Source of the DNA: a candidate division FCPU426 bacterium
Lineage (GTDB): Bacteria > Oederibacteriota > PGYV01 > Palsa-1178
Assembly: GCA_963840035.1 (NCBI GenBank)
Contig: CAWIXE010000003.1
Coordinates: 384,001-448,000 of the forward strand
Direction of reading: 5' to 3'
DNA: 64,000 nt
Under the pieces are notes generated by a model, which was given only the letters and a program-made list of their open reading frames with translations, was not told the DNA's origin and ran no database searches. The position numbers were made by a program, and so were the translations under genes. Position 1 is the first letter of the stretch, and each line of letters starts with the position of its first letter. Below are positions 44,664-54,755 of this stretch, one piece after another.

Positions 44664-45458
44664 ATGGGGAGAATTATTTCCGTCGCCAACCAGAAAGGCG
44701 GCGTAGGCAAGACTACAACCACGGTAAATACCGCAAGCGCCATAGCCGCAAGGGGAAAAAAAGTCCTTGTAGTGGATATTGACCCGCAGGGCAATGCCAC
44801 GCTTGGGCTCGGACTGGATAAGGAATCCGAGGATGAGAACGCGTACGAGCTTTTAATCGGCGAAGCGCCAGTCAGGTCGGTAATTAAAAAGACAGCGTAT
44901 GAGAACCTTGATATTATACCGTCAAACAGCAGCCTTGCCGGCGCTGAAATAGAGCTGGTAAACGAGGAAGAAAGGGAAACCCGCCTTAAAAAAGCCCTGG
45001 ACGAGATAAAGGATGAATACGATTATATTTACATAGATTCCCCGCCTTCGCTGGGCCTTTTAACCATTAACTCACTGGCGGCCTCAGATTCGGTAATGAT
45101 ACCCATGCAGTGCGAGTTTTACGCCCTTGACGGGCTGGCCAGGCTTCTGGAAACCATAACCGCGATTAAAGCCTCGCTTAATACGCACCTGGTCATCGAG
45201 GGCGTATTGATAACGATGTTTGACGGACGGACCTCGCTGTCCCTTCAGGTTGTGGAAGAGGTAAAGAAAAAATTTAAGGACAAGGTTTATGACACCGTAA
45301 TACCCAGGAACGTAAGGCTATCCGAGGCGCCCAGTTTCGGACAGCCCATCGATATATACGACAGAAATTCAAAGGGCGCGCAGGCCTATGACAGGCTGGC
45401 GGCGGAAATAACAGGCATTAAAGAGGCGCAAAAAAGCGCGCCGGGAAAGGGGAAATAA
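44664..45458 (+). CDS. parA: ParA/Soj ATPase
   Basis: NQKGGVGKTTT, DIDPQGNAT, DSPPSLG, IPRNVRLSEAPSFG. Confidence 0.96.
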   Translation: MGRIISVANQKGGVGKTTTTVNTASAIAARGKKVLVVDIDPQGNATLGLGLDKESEDENAYELLIGEAPVRSVIKKTAYENLDIIPSNSSLAGAEIELVNEEERETRLKKALDEIKDEYDYIYIDSPPSLGLLTINSLAASDSVMIPMQCEFYALDGLARLLETITAIKASLNTHLVIEGVLITMFDGRTSLSLQVVEEVKKKFKDKVYDTVIPRNVRLSEAPSFGQPIDIYDRNSKGAQAYDRLAAEITGIKEAQKSAPGKGK

Positions 45459-45459
45459 C

Positions 45460-46311
45460 ATGGCAAGACAGGCATTAGGAAAAGGGCTTGGCGCGCTCAT
45501 ACCGGGGGCAAAGTCAAAAAATAGCGGAGCGGATAATAAAGGTTTTTCGGAGATTGCCATTGCGGAAATAAAACCAAATCCAAACCAGCCGAGGAAGCAT
45601 TTTACCCCGGAAAAAATGCAGGAAATGATCGAGTCGATAAAGCGTAACGGCGTGCTTTCGCCCATTCTCGTAAGGGAAATGGGCAATAAATATGAAATAA
45701 TTGCGGGCGAGCGCAGGTTTATAGCGGCCCAGCGCGCGGGTTTAAAGGCAGTCCCGGTTGTCATTAAACACGTATCACCGGCGCAGCAGCAGGAATACGC
45801 CTTAATAGAAAATATAATAAGGGAAGACCTTAATCCTGTTGAAGTGGCTATCGCGTATAAAAGCCTTATGGAAGAGCACAAGCTCACGCAGGAGCAGATA
45901 GCCGACAGGCTCGGGGTTAACAGGGCATCCGTGGCTAATACGGTCCGCATTCTTAAACTTCCTCAGGAAGTGCAGTCATATATTGTCAACGGCCAGCTTG
46001 AGTTCGGGCACGCCAAGGTCCTAGCCGGTGTTGATGATAAGTCCAGGCAGAAAGTGCTCGCGAACATGGCTGTAAAAAGGGGCCTCTCTGTAAGGGAACT
46101 GGAAGCCATGATATCTAAACCAGCAGGTAAAAAATCATCCGGCAAAAAGGCAACCTCGACAGAAATGAAAAGGGTTGAGGATAAGTTGAAACTTCACTTT
46201 GGGACAAAAGTAAGCGTCAAAGGCGATTATAAAAAAGGCAAGATAGAAGTGGAATACTACAGCTCCGAGGATTTTGACAGGATACTGGAGATATTAAAGA
46301 TTCATATGTAG
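45460..46311 (+). CDS. parB: ParB/Spo0J partition protein
   Basis: LGKGLGALI, PNPNQPRK, IIAGERRF, ALIEN..REDLNPVE, HTH. Confidence 0.96.
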   Translation: MARQALGKGLGALIPGAKSKNSGADNKGFSEIAIAEIKPNPNQPRKHFTPEKMQEMIESIKRNGVLSPILVREMGNKYEIIAGERRFIAAQRAGLKAVPVVIKHVSPAQQQEYALIENIIREDLNPVEVAIAYKSLMEEHKLTQEQIADRLGVNRASVANTVRILKLPQEVQSYIVNGQLEFGHAKVLAGVDDKSRQKVLANMAVKRGLSVRELEAMISKPAGKKSSGKKATSTEMKRVEDKLKLHFGTKVSVKGDYKKGKIEVEYYSSEDFDRILEILKIHM

Positions 46312-46315
46312 AGCG

Positions 46316-46457
46316 AATTTTAGATTCTGGATTCTAGATTCTGAATTAGGAAATGAAACAATAAAACAAAAAGCCCCGGTTTTACCGGGGCTTTTTGTTT
46401 TATTGTTTGTGGTGTTATGTTTTTAATCCAAAATCTAAAATCCAGAATCTAGAATTC
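46316..46457. repeat. Inverted heptamer-repeat palindrome, family A, enclosing a terminator
   Basis: ATTCTGG/ATTCTAG left arm and AATCCAG/AATCTAG right arm. Confidence 0.85.
46356..46408. terminator. Bidirectional intrinsic terminator
   Basis: AAACAATAAAACAAAAAGCCCCGGT-TTT-ACCGGGGCTTTTTGTTTTATTGTTT between convergent genes. Confidence 0.9.
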
Positions 46458-46458
46458 C

Positions 46459-46893
46459 TTATTTAACCTTCTTTATCGGCGCTGTTGATGCCTTGTCTAC
46501 TTCTGACTGGAGCTGTTTAATCCAGGCATCATATTCGGGTTTGATCTCGTTTAGTTTCTGCCTTGACTGTTTTACCCATTTTGATTCGGGCGGGGTAAAT
46601 AGGTCGACGACCGTCTGGAACTCCACGTAGGCGTTTTTAAGAGCGTTATCTTCCATGAGCATCTGGTATTCAATCTCGTTGATCTCTTTTTTCGCGAGTT
46701 TTTCGTCATAATATTTCTTTTTCATGTCGGGGTTCCTGTAAAAATCAAGGAATTTGACCCCTTCGTTATATTCCCTTTTTGCCCTTTTAACAACCTCAAA
46801 ATAAGCCATGAAATAAGCGATGATCAGGCATCCTATTACAAGTCCCGCGATGATCAGGGCGTCTTTCTTCTTGTCTTTTTTATCTTCAGCCAT
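46459..46893 (-). CDS. Hypothetical single-TM helical protein
   Basis: N-terminal TM segment, helical body, AGGAGG RBS. Confidence 0.75.
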   Translation of the reverse strand: MAEDKKDKKKDALIIAGLVIGCLIIAYFMAYFEVVKRAKREYNEGVKFLDFYRNPDMKKKYYDEKLAKKEINEIEYQMLMEDNALKNAYVEFQTVVDLFTPPESKWVKQSRQKLNEIKPEYDAWIKQLQSEVDKASTAPIKKVK

Positions 46894-46972
46894 GAATTCC
46901 TCCTAATATTTGATTTTTTGATTATAGAATGAAAAACCGTTATTGTCAATATAACAGATTGGTTAGCAGGGT

Positions 46973-47035
46973 GATTCTGAATTCTAGATTCTGGATTCTG
47001 GATTGAAAACAAGGCGTAATCCAGAATCTAGAATC
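46973..47035. repeat. Inverted heptamer-repeat palindrome, family A
   Basis: GATTCTGAATTCTAGATTCTGGATTCTGGATT ... AATCCAGAATCTAGAATC. Confidence 0.8.
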
Positions 47036-47131
47036 GCTCCTTGACACTAATTGAATATTATTATAAGTTAATAGTACCCGGAATATGTGCTATATATAAT
47101 AAGGAAGAAAACACGGCAAAAGAGGTATCAA

Positions 47132-47608
47132 ATGGCAAAAAAAGAGACGTCAGCGGCTGATTACGCCCTTAAAATGCTGGGAATACGCGATTATGGTGAG
47201 GCGGAACTCAGGGTAAAACTTGAGGCCAAAAATTATCCGGCTGATGAAATTGACAGGGTAATGGCTTCACTTAAGTCTAAAAAATTTATAAACGACAGCG
47301 CTTATGCAGCGAAAATACTCCATAAATACTCGGTAATCATGCCGTCAGGACGGGAATTAGTTAAGCTTAAAATGGAAGAAAAATCCATTAAACCTGTAGA
47401 ATACACACTGGCGCTTGAAAAAAGGGACGAGCTTGAAACGGCAAGAAGGGCTTTTAAGATGAAATTCGGCAAAACGGCCGTTTCTGAAAACCCGAATAAA
47501 ACAAGGCAAAAAGCAGCCAATTATTTGGCAACAAAAGGTTTTGATTATGATATAATTGAAAATATCCTGAACGATGAAATTAAAGGAGGAAATGACTTTG
47601 AACAGTAA
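47132..47608 (+). CDS. recX: RecX-family regulatory protein
   Basis: ALKMLGIRDY..ELR.KL, FIND..YA, YL..KGF; located upstream of alaS. Confidence 0.8.
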   Translation: MAKKETSAADYALKMLGIRDYGEAELRVKLEAKNYPADEIDRVMASLKSKKFINDSAYAAKILHKYSVIMPSGRELVKLKMEEKSIKPVEYTLALEKRDELETARRAFKMKFGKTAVSENPNKTRQKAANYLATKGFDYDIIENILNDEIKGGNDFEQ

Positions 47609-50219
47609 CGAACTGAGAAAATCATACTTGCAGTTTTTCGCGGAAAGGGGCCATACCATAAGGCCTTCTTCTTCGCTTATACCTGATGACGCCTCGCTGC
47701 TATTTACCGTGGCCGGGATGGTGCCTTTTAAGAACCATTTTCTCGGCACGATACCGCTTACTTTTACAAGGGCTACGTCATCCCAGAAATGCATCAGGAC
47801 AAACGACATAGATAATGTCGGCCGTACGCGCAGGCACCATACTTTCTTTGAAATGCTCGGCCATTTTTCATTCGGCGATTATTTTAAGAAAGAGGCCATC
47901 GAGTGGATATGGGAATTCCTGACAGAAACCGTAAAACTGCCCAAAGACAGGCTTTATATAACGGTATACTTAGACGACGATGAAGCTTATGAAATATGGA
48001 ATAAAAAGATGAAAATCCCGGCGGACCGCATTTTCAGGCTGGGCAAGGAGACGAATTTCTGGGAAATGGGGCCGGTGGGGCCGTGCGGCTACTGCAGCGA
48101 GATTTATTTTGATTTTGAGGGCGGCAATAAGGGAAAAGTTACAGCCGAAGACATTGAGAAGAACGACGACAGGTTCCTGGAAATATGCAACAGCGTTTTT
48201 ACGGAGTTTGACAAGCAGCCTGACGGCACGCTCGGGCCGCTTAAGCAGAAGAACATAGATTTCGGAATGGGGCTTGAAAGGCTCGCTGTTGTCTCACAGG
48301 GGGTGTTTTCAAACTTTGAAACAGACCTTTTCATGCCCATCATAAAGGAAGTGGCTGACAAGGCCGGCACCGTATACGGAAAAAACCCGGATACCGATGT
48401 GTCCTTAAGGGTTGTAGCCGACCACGCCAGGGGCGTTACTTTTTTAATCGGAGACGGGGTGCTGCCTTCGAATGAAGGCCGCGGATATGTTTTAAGAAGG
48501 CTCATCAGGCGCGCAGTGCGCCACGGCAGGCGGCTCGGGTTCAGGGAAACATTTTTATCAAAGGTGGTGCCTGTAGTCCTGCATATCATGGGCGAGGCTT
48601 ATCCGGAAACGGCGCAGAGGAAAGATTACATAATGCAGATTATAAAACTGGAAGAGGATAAGTTTCAGGAGACCATGGATAAGGGCATTGAAATATTAAA
48701 CCAGGAAATTGAAACACTTAAAAAATCAGGCGCAAGCGTGCTCTCCGGGGATATAGTTTTTAAGCTTTATGACACCTTCGGATTCCCCATAGAAATAACA
48801 GAGGAAATACTGACTGAACAGAAATTATCAGCCGACAAGGAAGGGTTTAAGAAAAACATGGAAGCCCAGAGGGAAGCCGCGAAGAAAGCGTGGAAAGGCG
48901 TGAATGTCAGCGCTGCGGACACCGTACCCGAGGAAATAATTAAAAATATAGCGGTCACTAAGTTCATGGGATATGAGGCGTTTGAAGAAAACGGATGCCG
49001 GGTTATCGCCATAGTTAAGGATAAAAAGAAAATATCTGAGGCAGGGCAGGGTACACAAGCCCTTGTTATACTCGATAAAACGCCGTGCTATGGCGAAGGC
49101 GGAGGCCAGGTGGGCGACCAGGGAATGATGTCGTCCGGGGATGTATCAGCTGAAATCCTTGACACACAGAAGACCGAGGACCGTTTTGTTCACAGGGTAA
49201 AGGTCGTCAAGGGAATTATAAAAGAAGGCGATACGCTGAAAGTATCCGTCAACAGGGAATCGCGCGCCGCGATTATGAAGAATCATACCGGCACGCACCT
49301 TCTGCAGGCTGCTTTGCGCAATATTTTAGGGGCGCATGTGGAACAGGCCGGTTCTTATGTCGGCCCTGACAGGCTCAGGTTTGACTTCACGCACTTTGCC
49401 GCTTTAACCGAAGAGGAAACAAAAAGGACCGAAAAGATGGTTAATAAGTGGGTGCAGGAATCCATCCCGGTAAGCGTGAAGGTTATGACCGTAACTGAAG
49501 CAAAAAACACGGGCGCCATGGCCCTTTTTGAGGAAAAATATAAAGGCGAGGTAAGGGTGGTTTCAGTGGGCGATGTGTCCAAGGAACTCTGCGCGGGAAC
49601 GCATCTGCGTAACATAGGCGAGATAGGGTTGTTTAAGATAGTGTCTTCAGCCTCTACTGCGGCCGGAATAAGAAGGATAGAGGCCTTAACCGGAGAGGCC
49701 TCATACAACATGGTTGTTGAAAATGATAATTTCATTAAGGAACTCAAGGCGTCCTTTAAGACAACGGATATGAACGAACTCGAAGAGAAGATAAAGAAAC
49801 TGATGAAAGACTATAAGGAAATGGAAAAAAAGGTCGACGGCGTTAAAAAAGCGGGAATGATGAAGAATGTGGATGATTACATAAACTCGGCAAAGGAAAT
49901 AAACGGGGTTAAGGTGATTACCATAAAATTTACCGATGTTGAAAAGGACGCTGTCCGCCAGTTGGGCGATGTGCTCCGGGAAAAGGTAAAGAAAGCAGTG
50001 ATAGTCATAGCCACCATAAATGAAGGCAAGGCTGGTTTCCTTTCAATGGTGACTGACGACTTAACAGACAGGTTTGACGCTTCAAAGATAGTCAAGCAGG
50101 TAGCCGCCATATGCGGCGGAGGCGGAGGCGGCAAGAAGAACATGGCCGAAGCCGGGGCAAAAGACATCTCAAAAATAGACGAAGCTCTTTTAGAGACGGA
50201 AAAAGCCGTTAAAGGATGA
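47592..50219 (+). CDS. alaS: Alanine-tRNA ligase
   Basis: SSSLIPDD.SLLFT.AGM.PFK, HHTFFEMLG, HTGTHLL, ELC.GTH, GIRRIEA. Confidence 0.98.
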   Translation: MTLNSNELRKSYLQFFAERGHTIRPSSSLIPDDASLLFTVAGMVPFKNHFLGTIPLTFTRATSSQKCIRTNDIDNVGRTRRHHTFFEMLGHFSFGDYFKKEAIEWIWEFLTETVKLPKDRLYITVYLDDDEAYEIWNKKMKIPADRIFRLGKETNFWEMGPVGPCGYCSEIYFDFEGGNKGKVTAEDIEKNDDRFLEICNSVFTEFDKQPDGTLGPLKQKNIDFGMGLERLAVVSQGVFSNFETDLFMPIIKEVADKAGTVYGKNPDTDVSLRVVADHARGVTFLIGDGVLPSNEGRGYVLRRLIRRAVRHGRRLGFRETFLSKVVPVVLHIMGEAYPETAQRKDYIMQIIKLEEDKFQETMDKGIEILNQEIETLKKSGASVLSGDIVFKLYDTFGFPIEITEEILTEQKLSADKEGFKKNMEAQREAAKKAWKGVNVSAADTVPEEIIKNIAVTKFMGYEAFEENGCRVIAIVKDKKKISEAGQGTQALVILDKTPCYGEGGGQVGDQGMMSSGDVSAEILDTQKTEDRFVHRVKVVKGIIKEGDTLKVSVNRESRAAIMKNHTGTHLLQAALRNILGAHVEQAGSYVGPDRLRFDFTHFAALTEEETKRTEKMVNKWVQESIPVSVKVMTVTEAKNTGAMALFEEKYKGEVRVVSVGDVSKELCAGTHLRNIGEIGLFKIVSSASTAAGIRRIEALTGEASYNMVVENDNFIKELKASFKTTDMNELEEKIKKLMKDYKEMEKKVDGVKKAGMMKNVDDYINSAKEINGVKVITIKFTDVEKDAVRQLGDVLREKVKKAVIVIATINEGKAGFLSMVTDDLTDRFDASKIVKQVAAICGGGGGGKKNMAEAGAKDISKIDEALLETEKAVKG

Positions 50220-50223
50220 CATA

Positions 50224-50643
50224 TTGAAAATAATTTGTTTTGACCCGGGTACGGTGCGCATAGGCGCGGCCATCAGCGATGAGACCGCTTACCTGGCAAG
50301 GCCGCTGGAGTTTATCAAGGTCAATGAAAGGCTTGATATTAACCTGCTGGAACTTGCTAAAAGAGACCCGTTTGAAGTTATAGTCGTAGGCAATCCGCTT
50401 AACATGGACGGGACTAAAAATCCGCACACAAAGCACGGCGACGAACTTGTGGAGAGGCTTACAAGGCTGTTTCCGGATATACCCCTGGTACTGCGTGATG
50501 AAAGGCTCACCACCAGGGAAGCAAACGACATAATGATACGGGCTGACATGAGCCGTAAAAAAAGGAAGAAAAAAGTGGACAGCCTGGCAGCTGTCCTTAT
50601 ATTGCAGGGCTACTTGGACCACCTGCGTTCGGGGAAAAAATGA
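50224..50643 (+). CDS. ruvX: Pre-16S rRNA nuclease YqgF/RuvX
   Basis: DPGTVRIGAAISD, VG.PLNMDG, DERLTT, VDSLAA.LILQ. Confidence 0.93.
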   Translation: MKIICFDPGTVRIGAAISDETAYLARPLEFIKVNERLDINLLELAKRDPFEVIVVGNPLNMDGTKNPHTKHGDELVERLTRLFPDIPLVLRDERLTTREANDIMIRADMSRKKRKKKVDSLAAVLILQGYLDHLRSGKK

Positions 50644-51689
50644 TAAAAAAAGAGACGCCACAGGCCGGTTTTTTAAACGAAAAAAATATTGTGATTCTTG
50701 CAGCCACTATAGCTGTGGTGCTGTTTCTTTCGGTTTTTGTATCGCTTTCATTGCCGTCTTCATACGGGCGTAAAGAGCAAAAGGTTGTTTACATCCTTTA
50801 CGGGTCAGGGTTAAAGAAAATAACCGCGGCGCTTGACAGCGCCGGGCTGCTCAGAAACCCTGTTTTATTTCAGGCGTACTCGCTGATAACCGGAAGCTAT
50901 AAAAAAATGAAAGCCGGGGAATATGAATTTTACACATCTGACAGCGCCCTGGCAATAGCCGGCAAGATGGTGAGGGGCGAATTTATGCTCCATAAGGTGC
51001 TTGTACCTGAAGGCTCGGACATATATGACGTAGCTGAAATACTTTCCTCACAGAATCTGGCGGATGGCGCGAAGTTTTTAGCCGCGGCAAAGGATCCGGC
51101 ATTACTCAAAAGCCTGGGTATTGACGCGCCTACGGCTGAAGGCTATCTTTTTCCTGATACATATTCATTTGTGCTCGGGGAGAGCAATAAAAAAATTATT
51201 TCCACAATGTACGACAGGTTTAAATCAAAGTCTCCGGTGGATCCTTCTAAGAATTATGAGGTTGCGGGTTATAAAATATCGGGGTATAAGCTTTTGATCC
51301 TGGCGTCCATTATTGAAAAGGAAGCGCAGCTTGAGTCTGAGAGGCCGGTAATTGCCTCTGTGTTTTATAACAGGCTGAAGTCGCCTGAAGCCTACCAGCG
51401 CAGGCTGGAATCATGCGCGACAGTGCGTTACGCGCTCGGCAAAAGGACCGGCACTATTACATATAAAGACCTGAAATCACCGTCAAAGTATAATACTTAC
51501 ATCACAATAGGCCTTCCGCCCGGGCCGATATGCAACCCGGGGCTGCTTTCCATGCTGGCCGCAATAAACCCGGCAAAGACCAATTACAGGTATTTTGTAG
51601 TATGGGAACAGGGCGAGCATACTTTTTCAGAGACGCTTCAGGAACATAATAACGCGAAAAATAAAAACAGGAAACAGAGGGCACAGTGA
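50640..51689 (+). CDS. mltG: Endolytic transglycosylase MltG
   Basis: EGYLFPDTY, LASIIEKE, IASVFYNRL, YNTY...GLPPGPICNPG. Confidence 0.95.
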   Translation: MIKKETPQAGFLNEKNIVILAATIAVVLFLSVFVSLSLPSSYGRKEQKVVYILYGSGLKKITAALDSAGLLRNPVLFQAYSLITGSYKKMKAGEYEFYTSDSALAIAGKMVRGEFMLHKVLVPEGSDIYDVAEILSSQNLADGAKFLAAAKDPALLKSLGIDAPTAEGYLFPDTYSFVLGESNKKIISTMYDRFKSKSPVDPSKNYEVAGYKISGYKLLILASIIEKEAQLESERPVIASVFYNRLKSPEAYQRRLESCATVRYALGKRTGTITYKDLKSPSKYNTYITIGLPPGPICNPGLLSMLAAINPAKTNYRYFVVWEQGEHTFSETLQEHNNAKNKNRKQRAQ

Positions 51690-52657
51690 AAAAAAGAACC
51701 ATGATTCTTGTCCTGGCTGCGGTTACCGCGGTATCGGCGTTAATATACGCCGATACATGGGGCGGGTTTGCCGGGGACCGGCTGGAACCGTGGAAATTTC
51801 AGGTTGTATACACGGAAAAGTACTTTGAATACGACACCTTTCGTTATGCTGACGAGAGCCTGCTTGATAAATACTACTTGCAGACACAGGCATACATACC
51901 CGGAAGCATGCTTTCAGGCATAGAGCACGGGTTCATACTACGCTGCGGGGTAACGGATGGGATTGCGGCAAATGCAAGGGTGGACTATATATCCCAAAAA
52001 ATGGAAAGTTATAATTTGAATAATCCGCAGTCGCTCAGCCTTTTCATGACAGGTTACGACAAAGCGCTTCCGGGAATAATACTCGGGTTCAGGTTTCCGC
52101 TTACCTCATCCATACCGGATGACATGCGGCTTATCGACCTGACAAAAAGGATGGGGCTTATTACCGGGGTTTTTTATTCCGGAAACCTCTGGCTTATTGA
52201 TTACTCGGGCGAAGCTGTTTATGAGATGGACCTGAATACATTTTCAAAGGACCAGGATAAGAATACCAGCCAGCTTGACGTGTCAGCTTCGCTGGGGGTA
52301 AACATATACGGCGTAAAAGAGAGGCAGAAAATAGACTTTATCGCCGAGGCGCTTTTTACGGTCGGCGCCAGGGATTATATGGCCTTTAAGCTGGTGCCGC
52401 AGGCACGAATGACTTTTTATAATGATTTTACGGCCATCCTGGGGGCTGAAGCCATAATCTACGCGCAGAACGCGTATTTAAACAGCGATGATAAACTATT
52501 GCGATATACCGCAAGAATTGAATATCTTATAAACAGCGACTTAAGGAAAGTAACGGATACAGCCCAGGTATTAAGCGCGCCGCTGATAGTGGGCGAGCCC
52601 ACTCCTGTGCCGACTGCAACGCCGGCCGCGCTGTTCCAGATTACGCCGATACCGTAA
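51686..52657 (+). CDS. Hypothetical exported protein, possibly an outer-membrane beta-barrel, with a Pro/Thr tail
   Basis: Signal peptide; alternating aromatic/hydrophobic strands; PTPVPTATP tail. Confidence 0.55.
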   Translation: MKKRTMILVLAAVTAVSALIYADTWGGFAGDRLEPWKFQVVYTEKYFEYDTFRYADESLLDKYYLQTQAYIPGSMLSGIEHGFILRCGVTDGIAANARVDYISQKMESYNLNNPQSLSLFMTGYDKALPGIILGFRFPLTSSIPDDMRLIDLTKRMGLITGVFYSGNLWLIDYSGEAVYEMDLNTFSKDQDKNTSQLDVSASLGVNIYGVKERQKIDFIAEALFTVGARDYMAFKLVPQARMTFYNDFTAILGAEAIIYAQNAYLNSDDKLLRYTARIEYLINSDLRKVTDTAQVLSAPLIVGEPTPVPTATPAALFQITPIP

Positions 52658-52682
52658 CTAAAAAGTCATATAAGGGGAAAAA

Positions 52683-54755
52683 TTGAAAAGACATGATGAT
52701 GAAATAAACAAAGAGGACATAATAAAGCTCCTCAAAACAGAGAAGCACGGCATGAATGCCAGGACCGTCATGCAGAAGCTTAAAATACCAAACAAATACC
52801 GCGCCACGGTCAAAAGGATACTAAAGGACCTCTCAAAAGAAGGCGCGCTGTTTAAGGATCATAAGAAATTCTCCGCTGAGGAAAGCAAAAAAACCATAAC
52901 GGGCAAGATTGACATACGCAATGAGTTCGGGTTTCTTTCCATGCCGGCAGGCGCGGGAGAGGATATCTTCATAAGCCCCAGGAACGCTGAGTACCTGCTT
53001 CCCGGAGATGTGATAGAAGTCTACCCCAGGCCGAGCAGGAGCGGCGGCATTGAAGGCGATTTAAAAAGGGTGGTCAGCAGGACAGAGGCGCCCGTTATGT
53101 GCAGGGTATCCTCGCAGGGCCGCGAAGTCTACGGGGTGCTTCCTTTCAAACTTAACCCCAGGATACGCATAATTAAACCGGCGGACAACCTCGAAGACGG
53201 GGACCTGGTGCTGCTTAAAGTTACAGATGTTGCCGGCGCTTTAACCGGCGAGGTTATCTCCCATATATACGACAAAAGCGACCTTAGCCTGTATGTCCAG
53301 TTCATACTCAACCGCTGCGAGATCCGGCAGGCTTTTTCCGACAATGTACTGGCCGAAGCTGAAGGGATGAGCATTGATACATCAAATACAACTGGAAGGG
53401 TTGACCTGCGCGATGAGATAATAGTCACAATAGACCCGAAAGACGCCAAGGATTTTGATGATGCCATATCGCTAGAGAAAAAAGGCGATAATTATATGCT
53501 TGGTGTACACATAGCCGATGTGACACACTACATAAAGGAAGGTTCGGAACTTGACGCGGAAGCCGCGCTCCGAGGGACCAGCGTTTACCTTCCGGGTTCT
53601 GTCATACCCATGCTGCCTGAAAAACTCTCGAACGGGCTGTGTTCACTTAAGGGCGGGGAAGACAGGATGGCCTTTTCCATATTTATGAATGTGGGCAAGG
53701 ACGGACAAATCATAGATTACTCCATAAAAGAAACCATTATTAATAACAAACGCCGTTTTACCTATGAGGAAGTGGAAGACATATTAAACGGCGCGCCTTT
53801 CGCCGATAAGCAAATAAAGGACACACTCATGCTGATGAACGAGCTGAAAACCATCATGAGGAAGAAATTCCGGGCGGAGGGCGCGATTGATTTTACCCTT
53901 GGCGAGCCTGTTTTTGTTTATGGCGCTGATGGAAAGATAGAGAATATAATCAGGAAGGAATCGCTGGAATCCAACAAACTCATAGAATATTTTATGGTAT
54001 CGGCGAACATATGCGCCGCTGATTTCATAACGAAAAATTCACGGAACGGCATGTTCCGGGTCCATGAGAAGCCGTCGCAGAGGGATGTTGATGAATTTAA
54101 CACATACATGCGCGGGCTGGGGCTTGACGTCAAGATGAAAAAGGGTTCAAACGGCGAATTCCAGAGGGTCATTGACAGCGTTAAGGACCATGAAAAAAGG
54201 TATTTAATCGAGAAGAACCTGCTGCGCGCCATGAAGCTCGCGAGGTACTCCGAGAAAAATCTCGGCCACTTCGGGCTCGGCCTTGAAAAATACACCCATT
54301 TTACCTCGCCCATCAGGCGCTATGCGGATGTCATAGTGCACAGGTTAATCAAACATTTCTCCGGCGTGGAAACCATGAAGGACGCGGAAAAAAGGTATCT
54401 TATGGAGACTGCGGACAATATATCGTCATGCGAGGAAAGGTCTGAAAAGGCGGAAAATGACATGTTCAGGCTTTACGCCCTTGATTTTTTAAAGCCGAGG
54501 CTTGGGGACGTTTTTGAAGGGGTAATATCAAGGGTGACAAAAAACGGGCTTATCGTGGAATTGAAAGATTATCCTGTGGAAGGTTTCGTGGGTTTTGATA
54601 TAATGATGGATGACTACTACGTATTCGACCAGTTCAGGCAGACTGCCACCGGCAAAAGGACGAAGAGGATATTTTCCACGGGTAAAACCGTATCCGTTGC
54701 CATTGACAGGATTGACCTGGAATCCCTTAAATTGGAACTGGAGCTTGTTAAATGA
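52683..54755 (+). CDS. rnr: Ribonuclease R
   Basis: TIDPKDAKDFDDA, VHIADV, RGTSVYLP, HFGL...YTHFTSPIRRY, C-terminal S1 domain. Confidence 0.93.
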   Translation: MKRHDDEINKEDIIKLLKTEKHGMNARTVMQKLKIPNKYRATVKRILKDLSKEGALFKDHKKFSAEESKKTITGKIDIRNEFGFLSMPAGAGEDIFISPRNAEYLLPGDVIEVYPRPSRSGGIEGDLKRVVSRTEAPVMCRVSSQGREVYGVLPFKLNPRIRIIKPADNLEDGDLVLLKVTDVAGALTGEVISHIYDKSDLSLYVQFILNRCEIRQAFSDNVLAEAEGMSIDTSNTTGRVDLRDEIIVTIDPKDAKDFDDAISLEKKGDNYMLGVHIADVTHYIKEGSELDAEAALRGTSVYLPGSVIPMLPEKLSNGLCSLKGGEDRMAFSIFMNVGKDGQIIDYSIKETIINNKRRFTYEEVEDILNGAPFADKQIKDTLMLMNELKTIMRKKFRAEGAIDFTLGEPVFVYGADGKIENIIRKESLESNKLIEYFMVSANICAADFITKNSRNGMFRVHEKPSQRDVDEFNTYMRGLGLDVKMKKGSNGEFQRVIDSVKDHEKRYLIEKNLLRAMKLARYSEKNLGHFGLGLEKYTHFTSPIRRYADVIVHRLIKHFSGVETMKDAEKRYLMETADNISSCEERSEKAENDMFRLYALDFLKPRLGDVFEGVISRVTKNGLIVELKDYPVEGFVGFDIMMDDYYVFDQFRQTATGKRTKRIFSTGKTVSVAIDRIDLESLKLELELVK

